Position numbers and translations under genes: made by a program. The notes beneath the pieces were generated by a model. That model worked only from the letters and a program-made list of their open reading frames with translations. It was not told where the DNA came from and searched no databases. Shown in pieces: positions 38,874 to 46,365 of a DNA stretch of 64,000 nt. Every line of letters begins with the position of its first letter. The first letter of the stretch is position 1. The stretch is taken from positions 1,347 through 65,346 of the forward strand of contig DKPV01000085.1 of assembly GCA_002471375.1 (NCBI GenBank). The letters are read 5' to 3'. This DNA is from Flavobacteriales bacterium UBA7325. GTDB lineage: Bacteria > Bacteroidota > Bacteroidia > Flavobacteriales_D > Crocinitomicaceae.

Positions 38874-38884
38874 ATTTGTGTCAT
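38864..38884 (-). repeat. tandem duplication of ATGACACAAA (11-nt period) at the hemA start
   Basis: The plus strand has TTTGTGTCAT at 38864-38873 and again at 38875-38884. On the minus strand this reads ATGACACAAATATGACACAAAAT. Confidence 0.9.
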
Positions 38885-39093
38885 GGTTTCGGTATTTAGA
38901 ACCCTTCTAAATGCAGTGTCAGTGCACAATAAACTGATGTTACAGGAAATGAGCTGATTACAACTGCATTTTTGCGTGCCTACCCATTCGCCCCTGGAAT
39001 TTGTTAGGATCTTAATTACTTCGATTAGTTGAGTTGTTATTATTTTACGTTCGCCCATTAGGTTTCGATCAAAAATGTATCTTTAACGACAGC

Positions 39094-39864
39094 ATGAAAT
39101 CCATTGAATTTGAATCAGCCCAGAATGTAAAGATCGAGTACGAGCTCGCTTCTGTTGGTCAAAGAACTATGGCCGCATTCTTAGATTTAGTTGCTTTCAC
39201 AATATATTTTGTGATTTTTAATATGTTCTTGGGTGTGAGTGGAGGCTTTCAAGCGGACCTCGGTTCGATGCTGTTTATCCAACTTCTATTGGTCAAACTT
39301 CCATGGATATTTTACAACCCCCTCATTGAATATTTGACGCAGGGTCAAAGTCTCGGAAAGTACATAATGGGTATCCGAGTAGTAACAGTTTCGGGAGAAA
39401 GACCAGGACTTAGGGAAGTTTTCACTCGATGGATATTTAAAGGTGATTTCCTGTGGATCAGTGCGGATTTTTTCCTTTTATTTTGGTTCGGTTTGGGATT
39501 AATGGGAATTGTGTATGCTGGGACTTCAACTCGACGCCAGAGAATGGGAGATGTAATGGCTAATACCTTAGTTATTAAAACCAAATCTAGCGTTCGATAT
39601 ACACTCAAAGATGTATTATCGATAAAAAGTCAAGAGAATTATACACCGGTTTATCCCGATGCCATTAGATTTACAGATGAGGATATGCTTCTCATAAAAA
39701 ATACAATTCAACGCGTTCGTGCAAATCCAAATCCGGAAACTAAAAAGTTCGCCGTAGAATTGGCGAATGAATCGGCGCGATTAATCGGCCTTGAAGAAAC
39801 ACCGAAAAAAAGACTACAGTTTTTGCAAACACTGTTGCAAGACTATGTAGTTTTGACCCGATAA
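39094..39864 (+). CDS. RDD family membrane protein
   Basis: LASVGQRTMAAFLDLVAF..., 3 TM helices, then a soluble C-terminal domain. I chose ATG 39094 over the track start 39034. Confidence 0.75.
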   Translation: MKSIEFESAQNVKIEYELASVGQRTMAAFLDLVAFTIYFVIFNMFLGVSGGFQADLGSMLFIQLLLVKLPWIFYNPLIEYLTQGQSLGKYIMGIRVVTVSGERPGLREVFTRWIFKGDFLWISADFFLLFWFGLGLMGIVYAGTSTRRQRMGDVMANTLVIKTKSSVRYTLKDVLSIKSQENYTPVYPDAIRFTDEDMLLIKNTIQRVRANPNPETKKFAVELANESARLIGLEETPKKRLQFLQTLLQDYVVLTR

Positions 39865-39873
39865 CTCGGAAAA

Positions 39874-40545
39874 ATGGCAAAACTCATTCTCGTACCGACT
39901 CCAATTGGAAATCTTGAAGATATTACGCTTCGTGCAATTCGAATATTGGGTGAGGTAGACCTCATCTTTGCAGAGGATACAAGGACAACAAATCGATTAC
40001 TTAAACACTTGGATATTCAACAGAGTGTTCATGCATTTCATGCGCACAATGAGCATCGTGCTTTGGCGGGTGCAATAGATAAAATAAGAGCTTCAAGTAC
40101 AGTTGCATTGGTTTCTGATGCAGGAACACCAGGTGTATCTGATCCTGGATTTTTACTTATCCGTGAGTGCCTAAAAGAGGGAATTGAAGTGGAATGTTTG
40201 CCAGGACCGGCTGCATTGATTCCAGCGCTTGTTGCCAGTGGATTTCCATGTGATAAATTTGTCTTTGAAGGCTTCTTGCCACACAAAAAAGGTCGTCAAA
40301 CAAGGTTGAAGATTATTGCTGAAGAAGAGAGAACGGTTGTTTTGTATGAATCACCCCATCGACTTGTAAAGTGTCTTGGGCAAATAGTTGAATTTATGGG
40401 CGCAGAACGTAAGGTTTGTGTTGCTCGAGAATTGACCAAGATTCATGAAGAATTTCGCAGAGGAACGGCAGAAGAAGTGAAATCCCACTATGAGGAAAAG
40501 CCACCAAAAGGTGAAATAGTGATTGTTATTGAAGGTAAAAAGTGA
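39874..40545 (+). CDS. rsmI: 16S rRNA (cytidine1402-2'-O)-methyltransferase
   Basis: KLILVPTPIGNLEDITLRA...AEDTR.T..LL...SDAGTPGVSDPG is the canonical RsmI pattern. Confidence 0.95.
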   Translation: MAKLILVPTPIGNLEDITLRAIRILGEVDLIFAEDTRTTNRLLKHLDIQQSVHAFHAHNEHRALAGAIDKIRASSTVALVSDAGTPGVSDPGFLLIRECLKEGIEVECLPGPAALIPALVASGFPCDKFVFEGFLPHKKGRQTRLKIIAEEERTVVLYESPHRLVKCLGQIVEFMGAERKVCVARELTKIHEEFRRGTAEEVKSHYEEKPPKGEIVIVIEGKK

Positions 40546-40547
40546 AC

Positions 40548-41576
40548 ATGAAGTCAGAGGGTTTTTTCTTGGTTAAAAATGGAGATGCGAATCAAGCATT
40601 CGAATTACGGAGTTTCGAATTAAGTGACCCAAAAGGTGACGAGGTATTAGTTGAGGTAGAATCTTTTGGGCTTAACTATGCAGATGTTATGGCGCGCCGA
40701 GGACTTTATCAAGATGCACCCCCAATGCCATGCATATTGGGATATGAAGTGATTGGAAAAATTACTGCTTGTGGTCCAGGTGCGAAGCAAGATTTACTTG
40801 GAAAGAGGGTTGCAGCATTTTGTCGATTTGGCGGATATGCAAAACATGTGGTTGTTAATGACTACGCGGCTGTTCCGGTTGGAGACCAGAATGCGGTTGA
40901 GTTATTAGGGCTTTGTACGCAAGGAGTAACGGCATATTACATGGCTGAATACCTAACGCCGATTCATTCAATAGATAAGGTGCTAATTCATGCTGCCGCA
41001 GGTGGTGTTGGAACAATATTAATTCAATTAGCTAAGTTGAAAGGTTCACGTGTAATCGCGAAAGTGGGACGTGCGGAAAAGGAAGAGTATGTCCTTGGAT
41101 TAGGCGCTGATCATGTTGTAAACTATAATACATCGGATTATATAGCGGAGACTAAAAAGCACCTGAAAGGAGAAAAGATTGATATCAGTTTTAATCCGGT
41201 AGCCGGTTCAACCTATAAAAAGGATTGGTCTATTCTTGATTCTGGGGGTCGTATGATTTTGTTCGGTGGATCAGAACTCTCCAATGGTAAATGGGGGATT
41301 TTTTCTAAACTGAATTTCGTGCGAAAAATGGGAATGATGATGCCTATCGGATTGATGATGAGTTCAAGAAACGTTTTGGGTGTCAATATGCTTAAAATAG
41401 CGGACAATAGACCAAAAGTTTTGGAACACTGCTTGGCAAAAATGGTCGAATTATATGACCAAGGAAAGGTGACACCAAAAATTGGAGGTGAGTATACCTC
41501 TGATCAATTAGCAGAAGCTCACGCTGCTTTGGAGAAGGGTGGGACCACAGGAAAACTAGGAGTTCGGTGGGTGTAA
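40548..41576 (+). CDS. MDR-superfamily zinc-type/quinone oxidoreductase (VAT1-like)
   Basis: GLNYADVMARRGLY...P.ILGYEV.G and cofactor motif AAAGGVGT. I chose ATG 40548; GTG 40542 is also possible. Confidence 0.85.
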   Translation: MKSEGFFLVKNGDANQAFELRSFELSDPKGDEVLVEVESFGLNYADVMARRGLYQDAPPMPCILGYEVIGKITACGPGAKQDLLGKRVAAFCRFGGYAKHVVVNDYAAVPVGDQNAVELLGLCTQGVTAYYMAEYLTPIHSIDKVLIHAAAGGVGTILIQLAKLKGSRVIAKVGRAEKEEYVLGLGADHVVNYNTSDYIAETKKHLKGEKIDISFNPVAGSTYKKDWSILDSGGRMILFGGSELSNGKWGIFSKLNFVRKMGMMMPIGLMMSSRNVLGVNMLKIADNRPKVLEHCLAKMVELYDQGKVTPKIGGEYTSDQLAEAHAALEKGGTTGKLGVRWV

Positions 41577-41917
41577 TGCTAAGTAAGAAGCTCAAATGGT
41601 ATTTGCTTTTTGAAGATAGATCTGAACTAGAGGATCTACTTGCCACGAAACAATCAGTCGTTTACAAAAATATATTTGGAGAGGTGCTACTCGTTAAAAG
41701 TAATGGAGCGATCTATGCATTCAAAAACAAATGCCCTCATCAAAACAAATCTCTCGAAAACTGCAAGATCTCGGAGGGTCATGTAATTTGTCCTTGGCAT
41801 CAATACCAGTTTGATTGCGACTCAGGTAGAGGACATGGCTTAAACATCGATAAATTCCCTCTCAAGTTCGAGGGTGATTCAGTATATATAGGGAAAGAAG
41901 TTTGGTCCCTATTTTAA
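41576..41917 (+). CDS. small Rieske [2Fe-2S] domain protein
   Basis: CPHQNKSL ... CPWHQYQF (CxH...CxxH). The ATG overlaps the upstream stop (TAATG). Confidence 0.8.
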   Translation: MLSKKLKWYLLFEDRSELEDLLATKQSVVYKNIFGEVLLVKSNGAIYAFKNKCPHQNKSLENCKISEGHVICPWHQYQFDCDSGRGHGLNIDKFPLKFEGDSVYIGKEVWSLF

Positions 41918-41925
41918 TCTATTGA

Positions 41926-42483
41926 TCAAGGTGGGTGAGGCCCAGTGTATTTTAGACAAGGGTTAATACCGGTGAAACATCTGTGATTTATCTGAATTTG
42001 CATTGTCGTATCACTCACCAGCTCGACATTGAAATTAGCTGCATTTTTCCACTCCTCGTAACAGCTATTTTCTTGACTTGAGTAATGAATACCTTCGACT
42101 TTATGAATAGCTAAAAATTCGTCTAATGGAAGCATTTTATCTTCCGTGATCATGCTGTAGTTCCCTGGTTTAAGTTCAAGCTCGATAATGCCAGCATTAT
42201 TCGCAGTTACTTTAGTGAAATCACTTTTATTTGTTGGTCGTGAATCTTCATAGAGGTAGTAAACCATTCCATTGCCGGGCCGTGTAATGTTGGCTTCCAT
42301 TTCTGGAGTTGGAGCCATACCCCCACAATGTGGACGGTATTCACTTACTGAAACTGTTAGTTTGTGGAGATTGTCATTTTCTCTCGCTGTTCCTTCGTTC
42401 TCCGTGCCTCCTCCAGTTACAGATCCACAACTTGAGACTATGAATAGCCCCATTCCAGTAAATAATAATCTAAAATCCATCAA
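41926..42483 (-). CDS. hypothetical lipoprotein
   Basis: Lipobox GLFIVSSC. 185 aa with no recognisable family. Overlaps the upstream antiporter gene by 14 nt. Confidence 0.5.
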   Translation of the reverse strand: MMDFRLLFTGMGLFIVSSCGSVTGGGTENEGTARENDNLHKLTVSVSEYRPHCGGMAPTPEMEANITRPGNGMVYYLYEDSRPTNKSDFTKVTANNAGIIELELKPGNYSMITEDKMLPLDEFLAIHKVEGIHYSSQENSCYEEWKNAANFNVELVSDTTMQIQINHRCFTGINPCLKYTGPHPP

Positions 42484-43792
42484 AATCTTGTTTTTCAGTG
42501 TTTTCTTTCATTCTCTCGTTCAAGCCCTCTTCATTCTTAGTTTTAATGAGCGGAACCTTAAGAAATAATACATCTTTCACCTTCTCCCCTTTATAGGATA
42601 TGAGTGCTATCATCATGATAATACTAGTAATCAGTATAGGGTATAAAAGTAAACCAGCGTCGAAATCAGGGATGTTGATCGCTTCATTTTTCGCTAATAC
42701 AAAGAAAAGTAATACAGTAATCAGGCCACGTGGTGCAATAAATAGTTCTGGGAATAAAAAGTCCTTAGCAAAAAGGCGAAGTGCCAAGTATCGAACTGCA
42801 AATAATATTGCCACGATTGCTAGACTATTTATGGCCACTTGCCAATTGTACAGAGAGCTAAGCGTGATACTCAGTCCAAAAACAACGAAGAAGAACGTAC
42901 GTATTAAAAAGGCAGATTCTAATGTTAGATTATGGAAGTCATGCAAAATGGGCTTCACTTTTTCCTTATCAAACAAGGAGGCTAATCGTCCTCTAAAGAA
43001 CACATCTGTGTTATTGAGGACAACCCCAAATGTCAAGATAATTAGAAGTGAAGATAAGTGGTAGTACTTACCAACAGCGAAGAGCAATAGTAGAACTCCA
43101 ATTACAAGAAAGAGTTTAACTTGCATTTGTAGATGCTGAAAAAGATAGACCATTACATAGGCTACAACTACAGATATTAGAATTGTGAACCCAATATTTA
43201 GGAGGATTTCCCACACTATATCTCCGCCACCGGCACCACCATCGGCACCTATCATAAAGTAGAATACCATAATCCCCAAGATGTCGGAAAATGTACTTTC
43301 GTAAATCATGAACTCCTTCTTTTCGCCAGTTAACCTGCCAACACTAGGAATGATAATCGCACTGCTCATAATACTCAAAGGAATGGCATATACGACAGCA
43401 GTATAGAGACTCGTACTAGGGAAAATCACAAGGAAGAACGCGGCCAAAGCAAACATACTTATTCCAATTCCTAAGAAAGCAACGAGCAGAGATTTGAGAA
43501 TGAGGCCCGTTTTACTCTTTTCTAGCTTTAGGTCTAATGCGGCTTCTAGGACAATCATTACCAATCCGACATTACCCAAAACTTCCAAAATAGAATCAAG
43601 TTCAAGATCATTTAGAACGTCATACGACTCTAGGACAGATTTGAGAATCATGCCTAGACCAATTAGCATTAACACAGCGGGGATATTCGTTCGCTTCGCG
43701 ATAATATTGAAGAAAAAACTCAAGATTATTATACTAGCAAGCGCTATGATGAGTAAATAAGTATTCATTGATTCTTTATGGTTTTGAGTCAA
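42470..43792 (-). CDS. cation:proton antiporter (Na+/H+ exchanger family)
   Basis: 440 aa, about 11-12 TM helices, CPA-type pattern throughout. Confidence 0.8.
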   Translation of the reverse strand: MTQNHKESMNTYLLIIALASIIILSFFFNIIAKRTNIPAVLMLIGLGMILKSVLESYDVLNDLELDSILEVLGNVGLVMIVLEAALDLKLEKSKTGLILKSLLVAFLGIGISMFALAAFFLVIFPSTSLYTAVVYAIPLSIMSSAIIIPSVGRLTGEKKEFMIYESTFSDILGIMVFYFMIGADGGAGGGDIVWEILLNIGFTILISVVVAYVMVYLFQHLQMQVKLFLVIGVLLLLFAVGKYYHLSSLLIILTFGVVLNNTDVFFRGRLASLFDKEKVKPILHDFHNLTLESAFLIRTFFFVVFGLSITLSSLYNWQVAINSLAIVAILFAVRYLALRLFAKDFLFPELFIAPRGLITVLLFFVLAKNEAINIPDFDAGLLLYPILITSIIMMIALISYKGEKVKDVLFLKVPLIKTKNEEGLNERMKENTEKQDFDGF

Positions 43793-43837
43793 AGATACAA
43801 AAAACCAGCACTCAAATTTGGCAACACAATGATTTAA

Positions 43838-43851
43838 TCGTAATATTGCGA
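43838..43851. promoter_or_regulatory. imperfect palindrome TCGTAATATTGCGA; candidate ArsR operator
   Basis: 14-bp dyad (TCGnAATATTnCGA) 19 nt upstream of the arsR ATG at 43870. The operator assignment is inference only. Confidence 0.3.
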
Positions 43852-43869
43852 TATATAAATGAATTAATA

Positions 43870-44199
43870 ATGGGTTTAACTAAAACAGAGAACTACACAG
43901 AAGAACAAGTAAACCTTGGAAAGGTGTTGAAAGTGATGGGGCACCCAGCAAGAATAGCCATCCTTCAATCAATAATTAGATCTCAGACATGTATCTGTGG
44001 TGAACTAGTGACGGAAATAGGGCTTGCTCAAGCTACAATTTCTCAACACTTGAAAGAATTAAAATCAGTTGGACTCATTCAAGGGACCATTGATGGAACA
44101 AGTGTTTGCTATTGTATCAATTTGGACACATGGAATAGTGTAAAGTCCTCTCTAGGCGATCTGTTTGATTCGGTTAAAGACAAAAATAAATGTTGTTAA
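43870..44199 (+). CDS. arsR: ArsR/SmtB family metalloregulator
   Basis: Winged HTH with a CxC metal site (QTCICGEL) and LAQATISQHLKELK, plus a C-terminal vicinal CC. I chose ATG 43870 over track start 43768, which would overlap the divergent antiporter start. Confidence 0.85.
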   Translation: MGLTKTENYTEEQVNLGKVLKVMGHPARIAILQSIIRSQTCICGELVTEIGLAQATISQHLKELKSVGLIQGTIDGTSVCYCINLDTWNSVKSSLGDLFDSVKDKNKCC

Positions 44200-44209
44200 A
44201 AGATAAAAC

Positions 44210-44731
44210 ATGAAAGAAACAATTTTTCCAAGAATGCACGTGTCACTCTACGTTAGTGACCTAACAGCAACTGTAAATTTTTATTCTACATTTTTCGGGC
44301 AACCTGCTTCGAAAGTGAAAAAAGGTTATGCGAAATATGAATTAGCGGAGCCAGGCCTAATAATATCGTTTATTGAAAACCCAGAACGCGTATCCTCATC
44401 ATTTGGACATTTGGGTATCCAGGTAGGTTCGAAGGAAGAAATGGACCGCAAATTTGAAGTTGCACGGGCTCAAGGTATTGTCTCTAGTGAAGAAATTGGA
44501 GTGTCATGTTGCTTCGCTGTCCAAGACAAATTTTGGGCAGATGACCCAGATGGCTTCCAATGGGAGGTCTACTATTTTCACGATGATGTTGAGTTTAATG
44601 ACCCAAAGTATGCGGAGGAAGATGCATCTGCTTGCTGCATGCCATTAGAAAGAAAAGAGAAACAAAAAGTACAGTTGTCTGAGATTAAAACGGATGCTCC
44701 GAGTTGTGAGCCTGGATCTGGATGTTGTTAA
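44210..44731 (+). CDS. arsI: ArsI/CadI-family VOC (glyoxalase-fold) metalloenzyme; candidate organoarsenical C-As lyase
   Basis: Putative metal ligands in RMHVSLYV, FGHLGIQV and FQWEVYYF, and the vicinal cysteine pair SCCFAV characteristic of ArsI. Cys-rich tail (ACCMP...SCEPGSGCC). Context is an ars operon. Confidence 0.7.
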   Translation: MKETIFPRMHVSLYVSDLTATVNFYSTFFGQPASKVKKGYAKYELAEPGLIISFIENPERVSSSFGHLGIQVGSKEEMDRKFEVARAQGIVSSEEIGVSCCFAVQDKFWADDPDGFQWEVYYFHDDVEFNDPKYAEEDASACCMPLERKEKQKVQLSEIKTDAPSCEPGSGCC

Positions 44732-44741
44732 GAAAAAAGGG

Positions 44742-45158
44742 ATGATGAAGAATGTATTGGTGCTTTGCACAGGTAATAGTTGTCGAAGCCAGATTGCTCA
44801 TGGTTATTTAGAGCATTTCTCTGGGGAAAATATCAAAGTGTTTTCAGCTGGTGTTGAGACTCACGGTGTAAACCCGAAGGCCATTGAAACGATGAATCAA
44901 GATGGGATAGACATTTCAGAGTACACCTCTAACAACATTGATGAATATGGTACTCAAGAGTTTGATTATATCATCACCGTTTGCGATAATGCGAAGGAAC
45001 GATGTCCGTACTTTCCATCAAATGCTGTGAAATTTCATCAAAATTTCCCCGATCCTCCTAAGTTCGTAGGAACTGATGATGAGGTTAGGGTTGAATTCGC
45101 TAGAGTGCGTGATCTAGTGAAGATCTATTGTAAAGAATTTGTTGCGGCATACTTATGA
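44742..45158 (+). CDS. arsC: arsenate reductase, LMW-PTP (thioredoxin-coupled) type
   Basis: P-loop LVLCTGNSCRSQ, with downstream Cys (VCDNAKERCPYF). I chose ATG 44742. Confidence 0.92.
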   Translation: MMKNVLVLCTGNSCRSQIAHGYLEHFSGENIKVFSAGVETHGVNPKAIETMNQDGIDISEYTSNNIDEYGTQEFDYIITVCDNAKERCPYFPSNAVKFHQNFPDPPKFVGTDDEVRVEFARVRDLVKIYCKEFVAAYL

Positions 45159-45817
45159 GACGTTATGTTGGTGAACTGATAGCTACCTTTTTCCTCATTT
45201 TTTGCGGGACGGGAGCAATGGTAATTAATACAGAAATGGACGGTGTCATCTCTCATTTTGGAGTTGCGACCTCCTGGGGTCTTGTGGTTATGATAATGAT
45301 TTTTGCATACGGAAGAATTTCTGGTGCTCACATGAATCCAGCTGTTACGATCACGCTGACATTATTGAAATTGCACCCGAAAAAGGAAGTTTTGCCCTAT
45401 TTGGTTTCACAAGCGGCAGGAGCATTTCTTGCAAGCTTTGTTCTCCGATTGCTCTTCCCGCAAAACGAACTACTTGGCTCCTCCCTTCCACAAGGCTCCG
45501 AAACTCAATCATTTGTTCTTGAATTTATATTGACCTTCATGTTGATGCTGGTAATATTGTTGACCTCTCAAGGCCGCAGGATAGAACAGTACTTTGCGCC
45601 AATTGCGATCGGTATGACGGTTGGTCTTGAAGCACTTTTTGCGGGACCTGTGAGTAATGCAAGTATGAACCCTTTTCGAAGTTTAGCCCCAGCTGTTGTC
45701 TCAGGACATACCGAACATTTATGGGTCTACCTAACTTCAACAATGTTAGGCGCCCTAGTGGCCGGTGCATATTGGATGTGGCAACGAACGGAGAAAGTTG
45801 CTAAAAAAACTGATTAG
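45155..45817 (+). CDS. MIP-family channel (aquaglyceroporin/NIP-like, likely arsenite channel)
   Basis: Two half-repeats with GAHMNPAVT and the NPA-variant SMNPFRS. 220 aa. The ATGA start overlaps the arsC stop. Confidence 0.88.
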   Translation: MRRYVGELIATFFLIFCGTGAMVINTEMDGVISHFGVATSWGLVVMIMIFAYGRISGAHMNPAVTITLTLLKLHPKKEVLPYLVSQAAGAFLASFVLRLLFPQNELLGSSLPQGSETQSFVLEFILTFMLMLVILLTSQGRRIEQYFAPIAIGMTVGLEALFAGPVSNASMNPFRSLAPAVVSGHTEHLWVYLTSTMLGALVAGAYWMWQRTEKVAKKTD

Positions 45818-46204
45818 TTGCAGTCTGTCTTTCTTCTAGTATCTATAATTTGGATCATTTTCCAATTTCCTTTATCAAGGACGAGCTGGAACGAATTTAC
45901 ACCACAACGACTAAAGGTATCATCAATGTAAAATTCACAGTTCATCCATGCTTGTGCCAATTGCACTGAGAAACCCTTCGATTTCTTCGGTTAAAATCTT
46001 GTGTTTACAGGCAGCTTCATAGGTGGACATTAACCGAGCATCTCCATGGAGTACAGATTTCGCTAGCGTAGTGTCTCTTGTTCGTATAGCTTCAAAAAGT
46101 TGATGGATGACAACCTCAATTTCCACGATTTTGTTTGAGTCAGAGGGCGCCGCATTTGCTAACAGAGAACTAATAACGAAGGAAGCGAGAAGTAGAAATT
46201 TCAT
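45814..46204 (-). pseudogene. frameshifted NTF2-like (SnoaL/DUF4440-type) secreted protein gene
   Basis: ORF 45935-46204 encodes a signal peptide plus the first half of an NTF2-like fold and stops at TGA. A different frame then continues KGFSVQLAQAWMNCEFYIDDTFSRCGVNSFQLVLDKGNWKMIQIIDTRRK to a TAA at 45814-45816. That continuation is the expected C-terminal half. Confidence 0.55.
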
Positions 46205-46278
46205 AATTGTGTTATTTGATTAATCGCAAGTTCGAAATGTATTCGCTAACATATAATATAATTGCGATGACTGGTTTT

Positions 46279-46297
46279 GATTTAATCCGATTTAATC
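46279..46297. repeat. tandem GATTTAATC x2 (10-nt period) in a divergent promoter region
   Basis: GATTTAATC occurs at 46279-46287 and 46289-46297. Related GATTAATC is at 46218-46225 and GATTAGTC at 46304-46311. Confidence 0.9.
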
Positions 46298-46323
46298 TCT
46301 TCTGATTAGTCAAATTTTTAACG

Positions 46324-46331
46324 TAATTTTG
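46324..46331 (+). promoter_or_regulatory. -7 promoter motif TAATTTTG
   Basis: Exact TAnnTTTG, 35 nt upstream of the ATG at 46366. Confidence 0.4.
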
Positions 46332-46365
46332 TGCAACAAATTAATTAATTAACAAACTGAATCTC

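Noticed and set aside
38870-39058. 62-aa minus-strand ORF in the hemA upstream region
   Set aside because: It ends in the MTQI mini-ORF and simply reads through the hemA / RDD intergenic spacer. It has no family resemblance. I treat the region as regulatory or non-coding instead.
42600-43064. 154-aa plus-strand ORF rich in Lys/Arg/Ser antisense to the antiporter gene
   Set aside because: It is a shadow of a 12-TM membrane protein gene. An AT-rich hydrophobic-codon antisense strand gives basic low-complexity peptides. There is no promoter motif or independent support.
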